Shown one piece after another: positions 36,416 to 48,009 of a stretch of 64,000 nt of DNA; position 1 is the first letter of the stretch, and every line of letters starts with the position of its first letter. Position numbers and translations under genes: made by a program. The stretch lies in contig NC_092630.1 in the NCBI RefSeq assembly GCF_039555335.1, positions 31,148,769 through 31,212,768 of the forward strand, read 5' to 3'. This DNA comes from Amphiura filiformis. Taxonomy: Eukaryota. The notes below the pieces were generated by a model. The model ran no database searches and was not told the DNA's origin. It was given only the letters and a program-made list of their open reading frames with translations.

Positions 36416-36795
36416 ACAGATTTCGTGTTAAGGGGGTACTACACCCCTGCCCAATTTTGTCCCTATTTTTGCATTTTTCTCAAAAATTATAGCGCATTGG
36501 TGACAGGTAAGATATGTATATTATAGGGGCAAGGACTACAACTACTGTACTGGAAACTTTATTTCAGCACAGACAACAGTTGTGGAGTTACAGTCAAAAA
36601 TGAGGGAAAACCAATATTTGATCAATAAATCAATAAATACTTGCCTTGAGTTGCTGAATTTTTAGTGCAGTAGTTGTAGTCCTTGCCCCTATAATATACA
36701 TATCTTACTTGTCACCAATGCGCTATAATTTTTAAGAAAAATGCAAAAATAGGCACAAAATTGGTCAGGGGTGTAGTACCCCCTTAAAGAGTGGA
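36416..36795. mobile_element. MITE with long (~145 bp) inverted arms and TIR GGGGGTACTACACCCCTG.
   Basis: gggggtactacacccctgcccaattttgtccctatttttgcattttt..tatagcgcattggtgacaggtaagatatgtatattataggggcaaggactacaactactg is the reverse complement of 36650-36795. Confidence 0.8.
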
Positions 36796-37066
36796 AAAGG
36801 GAATGTGTGCACACCAAAGCACACTATTAAATCTCCAGATATGGTTAACTTCAAACATAGTTTTACTGGGATATCTCGGACTCCTGTACACCACAGGATA
36901 TCTGTAACTTGGATTGTCATGCATCGGTGCCAAAATATTGCAAATCCAGCAGTGTTGGGGTGGAAACAAGCAAAACACAAACAATGCACTGAAACCTCCT
37001 TCTCAAATTCTGTGACAATGTTAGAATTCACTTGATGAGCATAATACCTGTATACTGATTACTCAC

Positions 37067-37174
37067 ATGTTCCTGGAATTGAATCGTCTGTGAACTTATC
37101 AAGAGCCTCGACCACCACAGCTTCATCTTCTGCCAACACATACTGCTGTTGGATACCAGCAGGTATGCTCTCTC
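37067..37174 (-). CDS. MVP: MVP exon 10. Translates ESIPAGIQQQYVLAEDEAVVVEALDKFTDDSIPGT.
   Basis: Aligns to [39 protein letters not shown]; acceptor tgtgtag|, donor T|gtgagt. Confidence 0.8.
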
Positions 37175-37299
37175 CTACACAAAGAAAATAAATATAAATT
37201 AATATTAATGGGAAATAAAAATTGTGTTTTTCCTTCTTATGTTATGATATCATTTAGGTTACTGCAATAAATTTTCTGTAAAATATTGGAAGATGTTAA

Positions 37300-37462
37300 C
37301 CATAAAGCCTCCAGCATACTTTCCTGCCGCTTGCTCACGGCAAGCGGCAGGGATGTCCAACCAATGACAAGCCTTGATTGTGTCCGTTTGTCTGCAATAC
37401 GCGTGCGCCACGCCGCTCAGCGGCAAGCGGCAGGGTAGTATGAAACCAGCATAACTTGCAGC
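37300..37462. mobile_element. Short MITE with TIR CATACTTTCCTGCCGCTTGC. It is an internally deleted relative of the 63356-63810 element.
   Basis: cagcatactttcctgccgcttgctcacggcaagcggcaggg .. ggcaagcggcagggtagtatgaaaccagc. Confidence 0.65.
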
Positions 37463-37775
37463 AGGGGCGTAGCCAGCTTTTTTGGTCAGGGGGGGGGCAA
37501 AATAAAATTTCGGGGGCACAGACGAACAAATTACAGTTGCATCATACAATATATGGACGATGTGCGCGTGTAGCGTGCAAAAATTTTGCATTTTACACTA
37601 TTTTGGCCAATGATCGGGCTGAATTTCGGTAGAAAAGGGCTCCTTGTCCCTTTTCTTTTCTTTTGTCCTTTGATTTTCTTTTTTTTTTTGTCAGAGGGGC
37701 ACTTTTCTTTCAGTTTTTGTCAGGGGGGCACTCTGCCCCCTGCCCCGCCCCCTGGCTACGCTACTGACTTGCAGC
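37443..37775. mobile_element. MITE with TIRs cagcaggggcgtagccag .. ctggctacgctactg and G/C-homopolymer-rich interior. It abuts the previous MITE.
   Basis: Terminal inverted repeats. The internal ggggggggcaaaa / gggggcactctgccccctgccccgcccc blocks are inverted. Confidence 0.6.
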
Positions 37776-38054
37776 ATGGTCTGGCGTTTAAAGTCTTTGA
37801 CTTGGTTCAATTCCTGGTGAAGGCAAATGTCTATGATTTATGATCCACTTTCTCTATTTGAATTGTGGGAAGATGCAGTGTATGACAAAAGATCTTGCAG
37901 CCAGTTCTGATCAGGGTAACACCTGGCTGTCTGTACACTCTACCCTGGGCATCATGGGAGACTGTTAACAGTGCCTGACATTGAATGATTGACCCAAGTT
38001 AAATAAAACATAATAATAATAAACCTACTTTATGACAACCTGTTTGTTACCTAC

Positions 38055-38196
38055 CTGGATGTAAAAAGAAGCTTGAGATTCCCACTCTCAGTTCTTCCTT
38101 ACCAAGCTGACATTTCCCTTTCTTGTCTACAGGATCTTTCACAACACAATAACAACCTTTTGGTAGAACAGTTTTCTTCACTGAACGCAAAACTGT
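38055..38196 (-). CDS. MVP: MVP exon 9. Translates TVLRSVKKTVLPKGCYCVVKDPVDKKGKCQLGKEELRVGISSFFLHP(G).
   Basis: Aligns to [46 protein letters not shown]; acceptor gacttacag|, donor CAG|gtaggt; phase joins exon 10. Confidence 0.85.
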
Positions 38197-38454
38197 CTGT
38201 AAGTCAAAACAGCACAGGCAGTTTGTGCTTTAATACTATCATAATATTTTGTCTAAACAGTATCACAAAGCTTGCAGAGCAGTTTAACATCACATAACCA
38301 TAATCTAGTACAATTACGGAATACTCTCTGCACTGAGAACCATAAGGTGTGATGCCTCCTTATAACTAAGATATAAATTGCACACATGGGGTATGCTGTG
38401 CAGGGTATAACATAATTATTCCTATAAACCTAAGTTAACAACAGCCTGTATGGG

Positions 38455-40390
38455 CATGGTGCTTTTAAAGGTGAACCTCATTGAAAATAAAGTTATATAT
38501 CAATGGAAAGCTTATGATGCCAGGAAGCAGAAAAGAATATTTTTTATTTGCCTAACGCACCAGGATAGACATAATCTCCATGCAAAGATTGGATATTGGC
38601 ACCCCCTAAATTACAAAAACGAAATCGTTCAAATTGGGCGCTTTCGATGATGGCGTCAACACGGGACACACAGTTACTTCGGGTTTGATTGTAAACACAA
38701 TGTCCATGCATTACTGTGGCATGCATCATCGGGCCAATGTACGAACTCAGTCATTGCCAACTTACTTTACATGAAAAATATCTTCAATAAAATAAGAATA
38801 ACATGAAGGAAACATCATGATCAAATCAAGAATGAAGTTCCTGAATAAAGTGTGTGGATTAAAAATGGGAAAAGTGCTGGCCGGGGTGATTTGGGATAGG
38901 CCAAGCCATCCACGATATGCATAGGGAATATTACAGTAAGCACGAAGAGCGAAGATTCAGCCGAAGAACCGGAATGAAAACAGATTGCAAAAAATAACTG
39001 CTAGTGCTACCAGTTCAGATCGTCACACCAAGTTGAGATGAACTTATCACAATGAGAAAATGAAGGAATAGAATAAAGTACATGTACGGGATTTTTTAAT
39101 TATTTCTTAACTTTACAACTGGTCATGTATGATAGGCGAACTCGTAGATACATACGGGGCGGGGTGAACTCACTCAGTCGCCGAGTGTTCCGTATCCGCG
39201 ACTGTACGTACTGTATACTTGCAGACAAAATGACTGATTTGATATTCACATTCTAATATTTCCAACTTATTGCTACTTCATCAGCAAAATTTATTCCTGT
39301 AGATGTTCCAAATATAAGGGAACGATTGATCAAATCTGCTGAAACACGGCGCAACTTGAACTTGTGCTACCGGAGAGACAAGCGAGTCGCTGTGTTTGCC
39401 CACCTTGATCGGCGCGGCTGCCTGTAATTTCTTCAGCATAAAAACAGCAATTTACGCATCGTGTTCGGTAATCCATGAATGTTACACTTTTTCAGTACAC
39501 TGATGGTAGTATCATTAAAAGAATCGTGACACAAGTGACAATATTTTAATTTTATTCAGATTTCAGAATTCCATCAAATAACGGTCTACTAAGCCTAAAT
39601 TGTATTTATTTTATAATAAAGTATCTGTTTCTTTCAATCGTGATTGTGTGGAAAGAATGTACCGGAGAATGTATTACCAATGCGCTATAATATGAAAACC
39701 TTTATGGGCTGGATTTGATGAAATCGGCGGTTTTTTAAATTAATTTTTTGATTACTACAAGGCGATATTTTTAAAAATCAGATATTTTAAATGAATCAAG
39801 AATAGGAATGTCACAAACAAGTTATTTAATTTGTTATTCGATCATGTTTATTCAGTCCATGACATGAACGGTATACTGGTAGCAGCAAACATTTGCGCAT
39901 GGAATTGATCCCAGCGCGAAATTCAAACTCAATTACCCAGTTATACCCAGCCAGTTATGACTGATTTTTTCAAAAATTTACGGAACATTTTCGTGTTGAC
40001 AATAATTCTATTATTTCTAATATATATAGAAGGAATCAGCAACTTGAAGATTATTCTCATTTCAAGCTTTATTGTGAAAATCAGACTTGCCGGGCAGCTT
40101 GCAAAGTACAGGAAGTAAGTCTTGTTTACCATGTTTACATGTTTCCGAGTAGGATCACGTGACTGCGAACCCTGAGCTTACGTCACGAGCATTCTCAAGG
40201 TCAAAGAGCGATTGATTTGGGTGCTTTTTGGCGCCTTAAAAAGACCAAAAATTCATTCATTTTTTAATTTTTCAGCTTTATTGGCTATCAAAAAATTCGG
40301 AAAAAATTATTTTTAATATCCTGATATCATAAGCTTTCCATTGATATATAACTTTATTTTCAATGAGGTTCACCTTTAACATGTTGACTA
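38455..40390. mobile_element. Putative non-autonomous DNA transposon (~1.9 kb) delimited by ~90-bp TIRs (aggtgaacctcattgaaaataaagttatatatcaatggaaagcttatgat..). It lies in the MVP intron between exons 8 and 9.
   Basis: 38455-38560 is the reverse complement of 40290-40390 at about 90% identity. No long ORF lies inside. Confidence 0.55.
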
Positions 40391-40816
40391 ATGTCAATAT
40401 GTACCAACGTACCAAATTTCTCACTCAGTTGGTGTAGAATAGCGATGTCTCTACAATACCCTTTCTCACTACTCTTTTCATCCAACCAATTACACATGAG
40501 GAGCAGTCAATCAATATGTAAATACATGTATATACTGCATTTTTAATTTAATTGTTGTATACGTTATGTGATATAAACATCTAGAAGAAAAGTTAATGCT
40601 TGTGATTTTTGTTCTATAACACTTTGGTCAAAGGCATGCTTTCAAGTTTCATTATAAAGATATCAACATATAGCCATCATCATCATGTTGGTATCATCAC
40701 TAAGTACTGTCACTAAGTACTACATAATACATAATTGATATCTTATTGTCTGATCATATACACCTACTTTGCAACAACTGTATTGTGTAATTGGTAAATC
40801 AAATTTAAGACAGTAC

Positions 40817-40978
40817 CTCTCCTATCTCTTGAATATAAGCTTCTACATCATCTCCTGTGACTAGCCATTGTTCTCCAGCAGTCCTCTTCTTTCCCTGTGC
40901 ATCTACACATGCATATTTCGCTTCCAGATGTAGACCTTCCCATTGTGTTAAAATATAGGCTGATTCTATGGTCAACAC
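40817..40978 (-). CDS. MVP: MVP exon 8. Translates VLTIESAYILTQWEGLHLEAKYACVDAQGKKRTAGEQWLVTGDDVEAYIQEIGE.
   Basis: Aligns to [55 protein letters not shown]; acceptor ttttaacag|, donor GAG|gtactg. Confidence 0.85.
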
Positions 40979-41337
40979 CTGTTAAAAACAAAATTTCATT
41001 TGTATGGTCAAATTTACAGACAGGAAAAGAAATGTGGACTCAGTCTGCTCCAGTTTAAGGGCTGGGGTATGAACGTTTGGACAGTATTTATTTTGGGACA
41101 TTAGAGCACATCAGACAAAACGAATTGCATTCTGAATACGAAGAATGTCATTCTGATATCAAATAATTTTGTTTGAAATTTGCAATTTAATACACTGCAC
41201 CAGGGAGAGAAATGGATTCAGCAAATTTAAAATTACTCCTTGCGAATGTTACATCTTGGTATAGCAAAAATCCATATAACCAATCTAGTATCATGCTACT
41301 TCAATATAGAGTCAAGTCAGTCAACATACATTTACAC

Positions 41338-41560
41338 ATACCGTAAAACCCCGTCTACAAGCATATAATGTGCTTCTGATGAAAGCTACATTAATCCAGT
41401 CGCCATTATGGAGTTTGAGCAAATAAATTACGGATCCAAGAATATACAAACAAGTATTATTTTAAGACCGATCTATTGTATTGGTATATTAATGCTTGCT
41501 TCGAATTAATTAAGCTTTTATAAAAAACACTATATATGCTTGTAGACGGGGTTTTACGGT
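41338..41560. mobile_element. Second copy of the TACCGTAAAAC-TIR MITE, in the MVP intron between exons 7 and 8.
   Basis: accgtaaaaccccgtctacaagcatataatgtgc .. cactatatatgcttgtagacggggttttacggt. Confidence 0.7.
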
Positions 41561-41831
41561 ACTCTATTTCACTACCTCCAGTCAGCAGCACTTGCTTTGA
41601 AGTTCAGCATGTTCTACATTAGCTTAGCGTTACTTGGTGTGTGTACATACTTTTTACATGCGCGATCAAAGTGGCGCAAGAAATAACGCTAAGCTAATGC
41701 AGCACACGCAGACCTTCAAAGCTTGTGCAAAAAAGAGGTAGTGAAATAGGTATACTAGTTTCAGGAAATGGGAGTATATAAACCAGAGTCATGCAGATCT
41801 TAACAAACCTAATATGGACTGGGCTTCTTAC

Positions 41832-41901
41832 CTGTTCATAAACACCAGGCAAATAAGCCCCTGCTTCTCTTACAAGCCATTCTTCTTCTGCCACCCTTTT
41901 A
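41832..41901 (-). CDS. MVP: MVP exon 7. Translates KRVAEEEWLVREAGAYLPGVYEQ.
   Basis: Aligns to [24 protein letters not shown]; acceptor tgcatgcag|, donor CAG|gtaaga. Confidence 0.85.
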
Positions 41902-42556
41902 CTGCATGCAAATTAATATAAAATCAATCATAGAATGAAAATTTAATACATGGTGCCATAAATATAGGTGAAGAACAGAGTAATTGAATCAAATTTGATG
42001 TATAAAATTACTTACAGGATACTGTAATCTGAATATAATGGGAATCGAGTGAAATCCTTGCTGTCCTTTTAATGTAAGTTAACTCTTTTCACACGGGTGT
42101 CGACTGCAGACGACAAGTTTCAATTTTTTTTTTTAAGTAAAAAATTTCAGAAATGTGAATTTTCATGACCATATGGCATGAAAAATGCATTAAAATGAGT
42201 ACAAACAAGCCTAGTATTGGTTCAGTGGTTCTTGAGATAGCTCTTGATATTGAAAATATCTCAAAACTTGGGACTTCTTATGTTGAAGCTAGCATGGCTA
42301 GCATGCAGAGTATTAATATAACCCAGTCATAGAATGAAAACTTTGCACAGGATGCCATACAATGCAGGTAAAGAACAAAGTAATTCAAATTTGATGTATA
42401 ATCTTGTTATACAGGATACTATTATCTGAAAATGGTATATATAATAGAATGAAATCAGGGTATAAAGAAATATCCAGAATTTCTATTGCAAGATATTCTT
42501 TCAAAAACATGGCAAGATCACCTTTAACAGAGTTTCTAGTGTACTGCTCTACTTAC

Positions 42557-42648
42557 ACTCCATCCTTGTCTGTAAACTCCTGCAATGCTTGTAATCTTAC
42601 TGCTTCATTCTTCTGGATTATCACAGGGTCTACCATACCAACTATTTC
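42557..42648 (-). CDS. MVP: MVP exon 6. Translates EIVGMVDPVIIQKNEAVRLQALQEFTDKDG(V).
   Basis: Aligns to [31 protein letters not shown]; acceptor cacttacag|, donor GT|gtaagtag; phase joins exon 7. Confidence 0.85.
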
Positions 42649-43211
42649 CTGTAAGTGTGAGGGATAGCATATATAGCAGGCTTTATATTGTTTACCCTTT
42701 CAAATAAAAATCTAAGCATTGGTATATAACTACATGTATTATCAATTTATTTATTGTAAATGTACAACAGCTTATGTATATCAGATAGCTGGATCAGAAA
42801 GAATTTGCAAATCTTGATCAGATACTGCAAAAATAAGGGATTTGGACTTGATTTTTGCAACATCTTTTGACTCCGCAATGCTTTATCTGTGACAATAGAC
42901 CAAATGGCTTTTGTCAAAAGCTTATAGACCATTCATATGTAAAGGATACCGCATGTGCTCTAATAAACACACCCTCTAATAACGGCCCCATAAATAATTC
43001 CATAACAAAGTGACCAAAATGCAGATATATTCATACCATATCTGGTTCTGGTTCTGGTCGAGTCGGCATTGCCAGACATGCTGTACTTCACCAACTTCGC
43101 GGTCAAAGGTCTATGCGCATTTAATGGCGTCGCGTCGCGAAAAGAGCTAATTAATGAAGTTTATTTTTGAACATTTCCCCGCTCGTCGCTGTCACTGTCG
43201 TCTCGTCGAGG

Positions 43212-44054
43212 TCATTCCAGTCGGTCGTCGTTCTGTGGAAGTAGCTGAATTTGTGCACATCCTTCCTGATCAGCTCCCTTCTTCCTGCTCATTCTTCTGT
43301 GAGTTCTAGTAAACCAAGGAAGATTTCTTCTGTTGGATGACATTTTGGTTGGAACGTTCTCCTCCATCACTTGTTTGATCTTTCTATCAAACATGTCCCA
43401 TTTTTCTTGGACAGTGAGGTTGGCTTCATTTCTGAAGGAGTCACCAAAGATCTTCATGTCTTGCTTTATCTTCTCCACATCAGCCTTGTGCTTCAGGTAG
43501 ATCTTGTGGGGAGGTTTCTTCTTTACTTGAGCAAATCCATTTAGCACCGATAGCACAGCCTCATGATCACTTAAGCCTGGTATGACTTCCACATTCTTGA
43601 TGAAGGAAGAGTTGTTGGTGAGAACCAAATCAAGTATGCTGTTGAGTCTGGTTGGTTTGTCAACCACCTGTTCTAAGCCATGCTCTTGTACAGTCTGAAG
43701 CAGCCTCTCTGCAGTTGTTTTGGATGCCGGATGGTTTACAATCACCGTCTTGTTTACCCAGTCTATGTTTGGTTGATTTAAGTCACCCTGTATGACTACG
43801 TCCTTGAGTTTGGAGTGGTTGTTGATGTTTTCTAACATCACCGCTAGGTCTTCGACCGTTTCTATATCATCATGCTTGGGCTTATACAATGTTCCAAACA
43901 GTATAGGTCTTCTCCCCTGGATATCAAGTTGACACCAAAGCATCTCACTGTTTGTTTCCAGTTCTTGTCTACGGTTGACTGGTAGGTCCTTCCTGTATGC
44001 AAAAAAGACACCACCATGTCTATCCGTCCCACTAGATCTATCTCTCCTGTGCAA
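43212..44054 (-). CDS. APE-type endonuclease domain ORF (280 aa) of a non-LTR retrotransposon.
   Basis: Motifs ..LWCQLDIQGRRPILFGTLYKP .. VIQGDLNQPNIDW .. TRLNSILDLVLTN .. IPGLSDHEAV, the typical EEP/APE layout of ORF2 N-termini. Confidence 0.8.
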   Translation of the reverse strand: MHRRDRSSGTDRHGGVFFAYRKDLPVNRRQELETNSEMLWCQLDIQGRRPILFGTLYKPKHDDIETVEDLAVMLENINNHSKLKDVVIQGDLNQPNIDWVNKTVIVNHPASKTTAERLLQTVQEHGLEQVVDKPTRLNSILDLVLTNNSSFIKNVEVIPGLSDHEAVLSVLNGFAQVKKKPPHKIYLKHKADVEKIKQDMKIFGDSFRNEANLTVQEKWDMFDRKIKQVMEENVPTKMSSNRRNLPWFTRTHRRMSRKKGADQEGCAQIQLLPQNDDRLE

Positions 44055-44138
44055 AGCGTATCCATCTGGCAGAAATTCAGCATTTTCTATTGAAGAGTCT
44101 AGCCATGTCTCTGTCCCATGGATGAAGTCGGTTTTAGT

Positions 44139-44744
44139 TCATGAATCATAGCCTCCCATTCCGCACGCTTGTTCATGATGCTCTGGAAATTTATGTTCAG
44201 AGTAGTAAACAACATCTCTCTCCAAGTTCTTCTTGCTTGCGGGCTTCCTTTTATTTTTGGTCCTGTCAGTTTTGTCTCTGTCGTTGTCCCCACTCTTGTT
44301 GTCCTTGTCATTGTCTTCAGTGTCGTCATCATTGTCAGTAGTCTCTCCTTCAGTTGAAGAAAAATACGAGTTGGTGAAGCAAGTTATCTCACAGTGCGGA
44401 CACAACCAGTTGAAAGATTTATTTGTGAGGGTATCATAAGTATCATTATCCATTCCAGCACAGGCACAGTGTGTCCATGCCCCGCATGCATCACACTCCA
44501 GGCCCTCCTCTCCAAATTTTACGTTGTCAACACACATGGTACAGGGAGATGTACACTCTGGACAAGACCACTGTTTTCCATTTCTGATTTGGTTGAAATC
44601 ACCTGTTGATACACCACAGCAGCTGGCATGGTAATCTTGGCTGCACTCACCACATGTAATCCATCTACGGTTATGACTTCCCTGTCTGCCACACACATTA
44701 CACTCCCTTGCTAGCTGGTTTTCCTGATTGATGGGGATTACCAT
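44139..44744 (-). CDS. Cysteine-rich ORF (201 aa) with two PHD-type zinc fingers, followed by an acidic Asp/Thr-rich tail. Putative ORF1-like protein of the same retroelement.
   Basis: C4HC3 spacing: CNVCGRQ..WITCGECSQDYHASCCGV..WSCPEC and CTMCVDN..LECDACGAWTHCACAGMD..NWLCPHC. It lies immediately upstream of the EN ORF on the same strand. Confidence 0.65.
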   Translation of the reverse strand: MVIPINQENQLARECNVCGRQGSHNRRWITCGECSQDYHASCCGVSTGDFNQIRNGKQWSCPECTSPCTMCVDNVKFGEEGLECDACGAWTHCACAGMDNDTYDTLTNKSFNWLCPHCEITCFTNSYFSSTEGETTDNDDDTEDNDKDNKSGDNDRDKTDRTKNKRKPASKKNLERDVVYYSEHKFPEHHEQACGMGGYDS

Positions 44745-45699
44745 TGTTGAAAAAGGTTGCGATGAAAAAGATTGAGCGTTGTGATGCTCCTACTCCCGCT
44801 TATGATGCACACCAAAAAAGTTCAAAACACTGCAACACAATTTATTTCACTAGTTCACAAAGTTCACGAAATTAACACCAAAAACTGCAATGTTAAAAGG
44901 ATGATGCACTGCGATTTAAATATCTCCTGGCACGACGCTTTTAAAAACAGGATACATCCACTAAACGAAAATCATTTAAAAGTTAATAAAACGATGCAGG
45001 AAACGTTCCGTCTACTTGGTGCACGCTTCAATATCATGTCAGTAATAAGCATATCATGTCAGCAATATCATGTGAGTAATAAGCTTATAACTGGCATTTA
45101 TCATGTTTGCTGCATGTCACAATCGCATAATTGCATAATTGCAAGGATAAAACGTATTGTCAACTTCAACTTAGTCCATTGCCAAATTTTTCACTTACAA
45201 ATGCATTTTGTGATGATACTATCGATAAATCACCACGTACAAATAGTGTTTACATCGGCCACCATTTTTACCTGTCAGCAAGTCACATTTAGCCCTGATG
45301 GTTAAGCTGGCATAGCAGATTGCCTTACAAAAGATTGCCTCTAATAAATACACCCTTTTGGAAAATGCAATGCCTGACCTCAGTGTGTTTAATATAGAGG
45401 AAATAAAGTATTTGAGGAAATCCTGAGGCACATCCATGAATGACAAGACTAGAAAGAATCATAAATGTACATATGCACCTTACATAAAATAATGCACACC
45501 ATTCTATATCAATAAACAATGTTCTGAGTCTCATTTTGTTCACCATTTATAAGCTGAACAAACTAAAGGTGAACGAACATTGACATAGTGTGAGAATGTG
45601 TGATGCCAATTTGGTGCCATTCAAGAGTGCTGATTGGTAACAACTACATCACAAATCATCACATATTTATGTACTGTGTTCACATTTTGTTCACCTAGT

Positions 45700-46000
45700 G
45701 CTAGGGCTGTCAACTTTTTGGAATTGCTTGGCGTGAGACAGAAGCGTACCGGGATTTGCCGACTCCAATGTTCATTTTGTACCATGATTATTTGAGCGCT
45801 CGAGAATGTGAAAAGAGGGGGGGGGTAGGAGCAACAAATTATTCATGACGATGCGTGAGATTTTACTCATTTTCCAGCTTTTTGCGTGAGATTTACTACC
45901 TAGGCGTGAGATTATACTACCTTGGCGTGAGACCGTGAGAAAGTGACCCAATGCGTGAGACTCACGGCCAATGTGTGAGAGTTGACAGCCCTGCTATTAT
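45700..46000. mobile_element. MITE with TIR (C)AGGGCTGTCAACT and internal gcgtgagat(t) tandem motifs. A related fragment lies at 22880-22960.
   Basis: tagggctgtcaactttttgg .. gtgagagttgacagccctgc, with 6 internal gcgtgaga motifs. It ends about 20 bp from the MVP exon 5 donor. Confidence 0.6.
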
Positions 46001-46020
46001 AGTGCTGTCTAATGACTTAC

Positions 46021-46178
46021 AACTTCTGCTATTGGCATGTATGTACATGGTCCCTCTATCTGCCACAGGTCACCAGTCTGGCGTTTCACATCACCATCTT
46101 CAAAATCTAGAATTGCTTTCAAACGTATGGCTTGGTTTGGTTTCACTACTGGCAGAGGTCTTATGGCACTTGCATAAT
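46021..46178 (-). CDS. MVP: MVP exon 5. Translates (D)[52 protein letters not shown].
   Basis: Aligns to [49 protein letters not shown]; acceptor gattgatag|, donor GTT|gtaagt. Confidence 0.85.
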
Positions 46179-47882
46179 CTATCAATCAAAACAATATTTA
46201 ATTTTTTTAAATTCTAGACAGTTCACCTTTTTTACCATGATCTTTCATAGTTGTTACCAACCCAATACCGTGTGATACGTAACATGTCTCTGAACCTTAA
46301 TCAGGCGACACAGTATGTGTGTCGTGTACATGCACGGAAGACACACATTACAAGCAAAAATATGCCAGTATGTTACCACATGGGCACGCCAATTAAGCTA
46401 CAGGCAAATTTGAATCAAATGAATCATTAAGCCACAACATATTTTGATTTTAAATCTGGTATTTATTTGAATTTATGTATGAATGATATATAACAAATAC
46501 TAACTGTCTTAAATTCATTTTGACACAAAGCACGTGGGGATATCCCTCAAAGCCCCAGGTAATTTTGGTGATTCCCGAATCTGTCAAGCTCTTGCAAATG
46601 CAAAATTACGTCTGTCAAATCAACGGCTATCAGCAAAAAACCTGACCTCTGACCGTTGCTAGGAGATGTTTTCAAGTAGTTTCAATATCCCCTGAAGCTG
46701 TATATGCCAACTGCGCATAAAAATTGTTTATATGTTTACTGAGCATCGGTTTCAAAATATCAATGTCAATGGCGATATTAGGCCTACACGTAAATTTTGA
46801 CTTCTTGAAAACAATTGTGAATTCTGATGGCTTTTAAGCATAAAATCCAGATAAATAAATGATGAACACATAAAACCTGTATTTTCTTGAATATATTTGA
46901 TATTTTATTAGCAACAAGGTGAGTTTGGGAAATGTGTGTGATGCACGAATACTTCTGGCGGCAGTGATAGCCGAGATTTGATGACTAGATTCGCTACGCA
47001 AATACAATATTGCATCGCCAAATGCTACACTTTTTTTTTTGCATAGCAAAATAACTGTGATGCAAAATTTGGAAACTCCTATACAAACATGTGTTTTGCA
47101 TAGACAGCTATGCAAAAAATTGACTGAATTCGAACCCTGACTGTAATAAAATCCTTGCTACTGCATGGATTTGACAGTAATTTTGTAGAAATAAAATAAA
47201 ACAACATAACAAATCAGAAACACGCACAAAAAAATCAATACATTTACCTTTAGGTGTCTTCTTCCTGAGATCACTACGCACACCTGTGAGATCAAGTATA
47301 CAACACAATAATTGTTCATTTTAGACAAATGAAGAACAGTAACAAACAATATTACTTCATATTTGACAAACTACATTATATTAGTGTATATTTACTCCAC
47401 TGGCATCGACAACTCACAATGTATCATACTGTCTATAGAAATTGTATGACTCAAATAAGGAGCTTATTCTTTAGGCCAGCAATGCATCTAAAATACCCAA
47501 CTCTAGTTTTTTAATTGATATCAGTCAGAGAAAAGTGATTTTGAATTGATTCAAATGGCGTATGAATAGAAGCCAGAGTAGAATATTAGTGTTGGCATGA
47601 AAGTCACAATCAAAATCAAAGTCCAAAACTCTGTAACATTGTATATTTTTGAAATTAATCTTAAAAAGCAGTCAGGCTTGTATAACTAAGTCTGTAATTT
47701 ACTATTATTGATCTTGACAATTAATGATTTTCTATGTATAGCTTTTTGTATTCTGTTCTTGGCAGTAGAATACCTACATTACTCTGTCTGCATTTTAGCT
47801 TAATAATGTGCTGCAGGTCTTCACTGAAACTTTTAAGTTTCTTAAAACAATCAACATCCCTAGCTGTTACTCCATCACATAC

Positions 47883-48009
47883 CTCCATATCCTCCAGTTA
47901 TTAAACTTGCCAGTGAGTAGAAATTCTCGGCTCCCTGAAGTATTTCTCCTGGGTACAATGGAAATGGTTCCTGTAATTGGCAAACAAGTTCATAAATCAG
48001 TTTTTTTTC
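47883..48009 (-). CDS. MVP: MVP exon 4. Translates EKKLIYELVCQLQEPFPLYPGEILQGAENFYSLASLITGGYG.
   Basis: Contains the conserved DPFPLYPGEVL motif of repeat domain 2. Acceptor ttcctattattgaag|, donor GGAG|gtatgt; phase joins exon 5 (G+AT=Asp). It is ~20 aa longer than the vertebrate segment, so the 3' part is less certain. Confidence 0.6.

Larger units (their letters stand above)
43030..44760 (-). mobile_element. Non-LTR retrotransposon 5' portion (PHD ORF plus EN). The RT and 3' end are missing. It lies in the MVP intron between exons 5 and 6.
   Basis: Two consecutive same-strand ORFs with PHD and APE signatures. Similarity ends near 43030 and no RT motifs follow. Confidence 0.7.

Noticed and set aside
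44772-45305. 177-aa plus-strand ORF
   Set aside because: It has no recognisable motifs and an odd composition (H/N/I-rich). It lies antisense to the edge of a retroelement fragment and was judged spurious.
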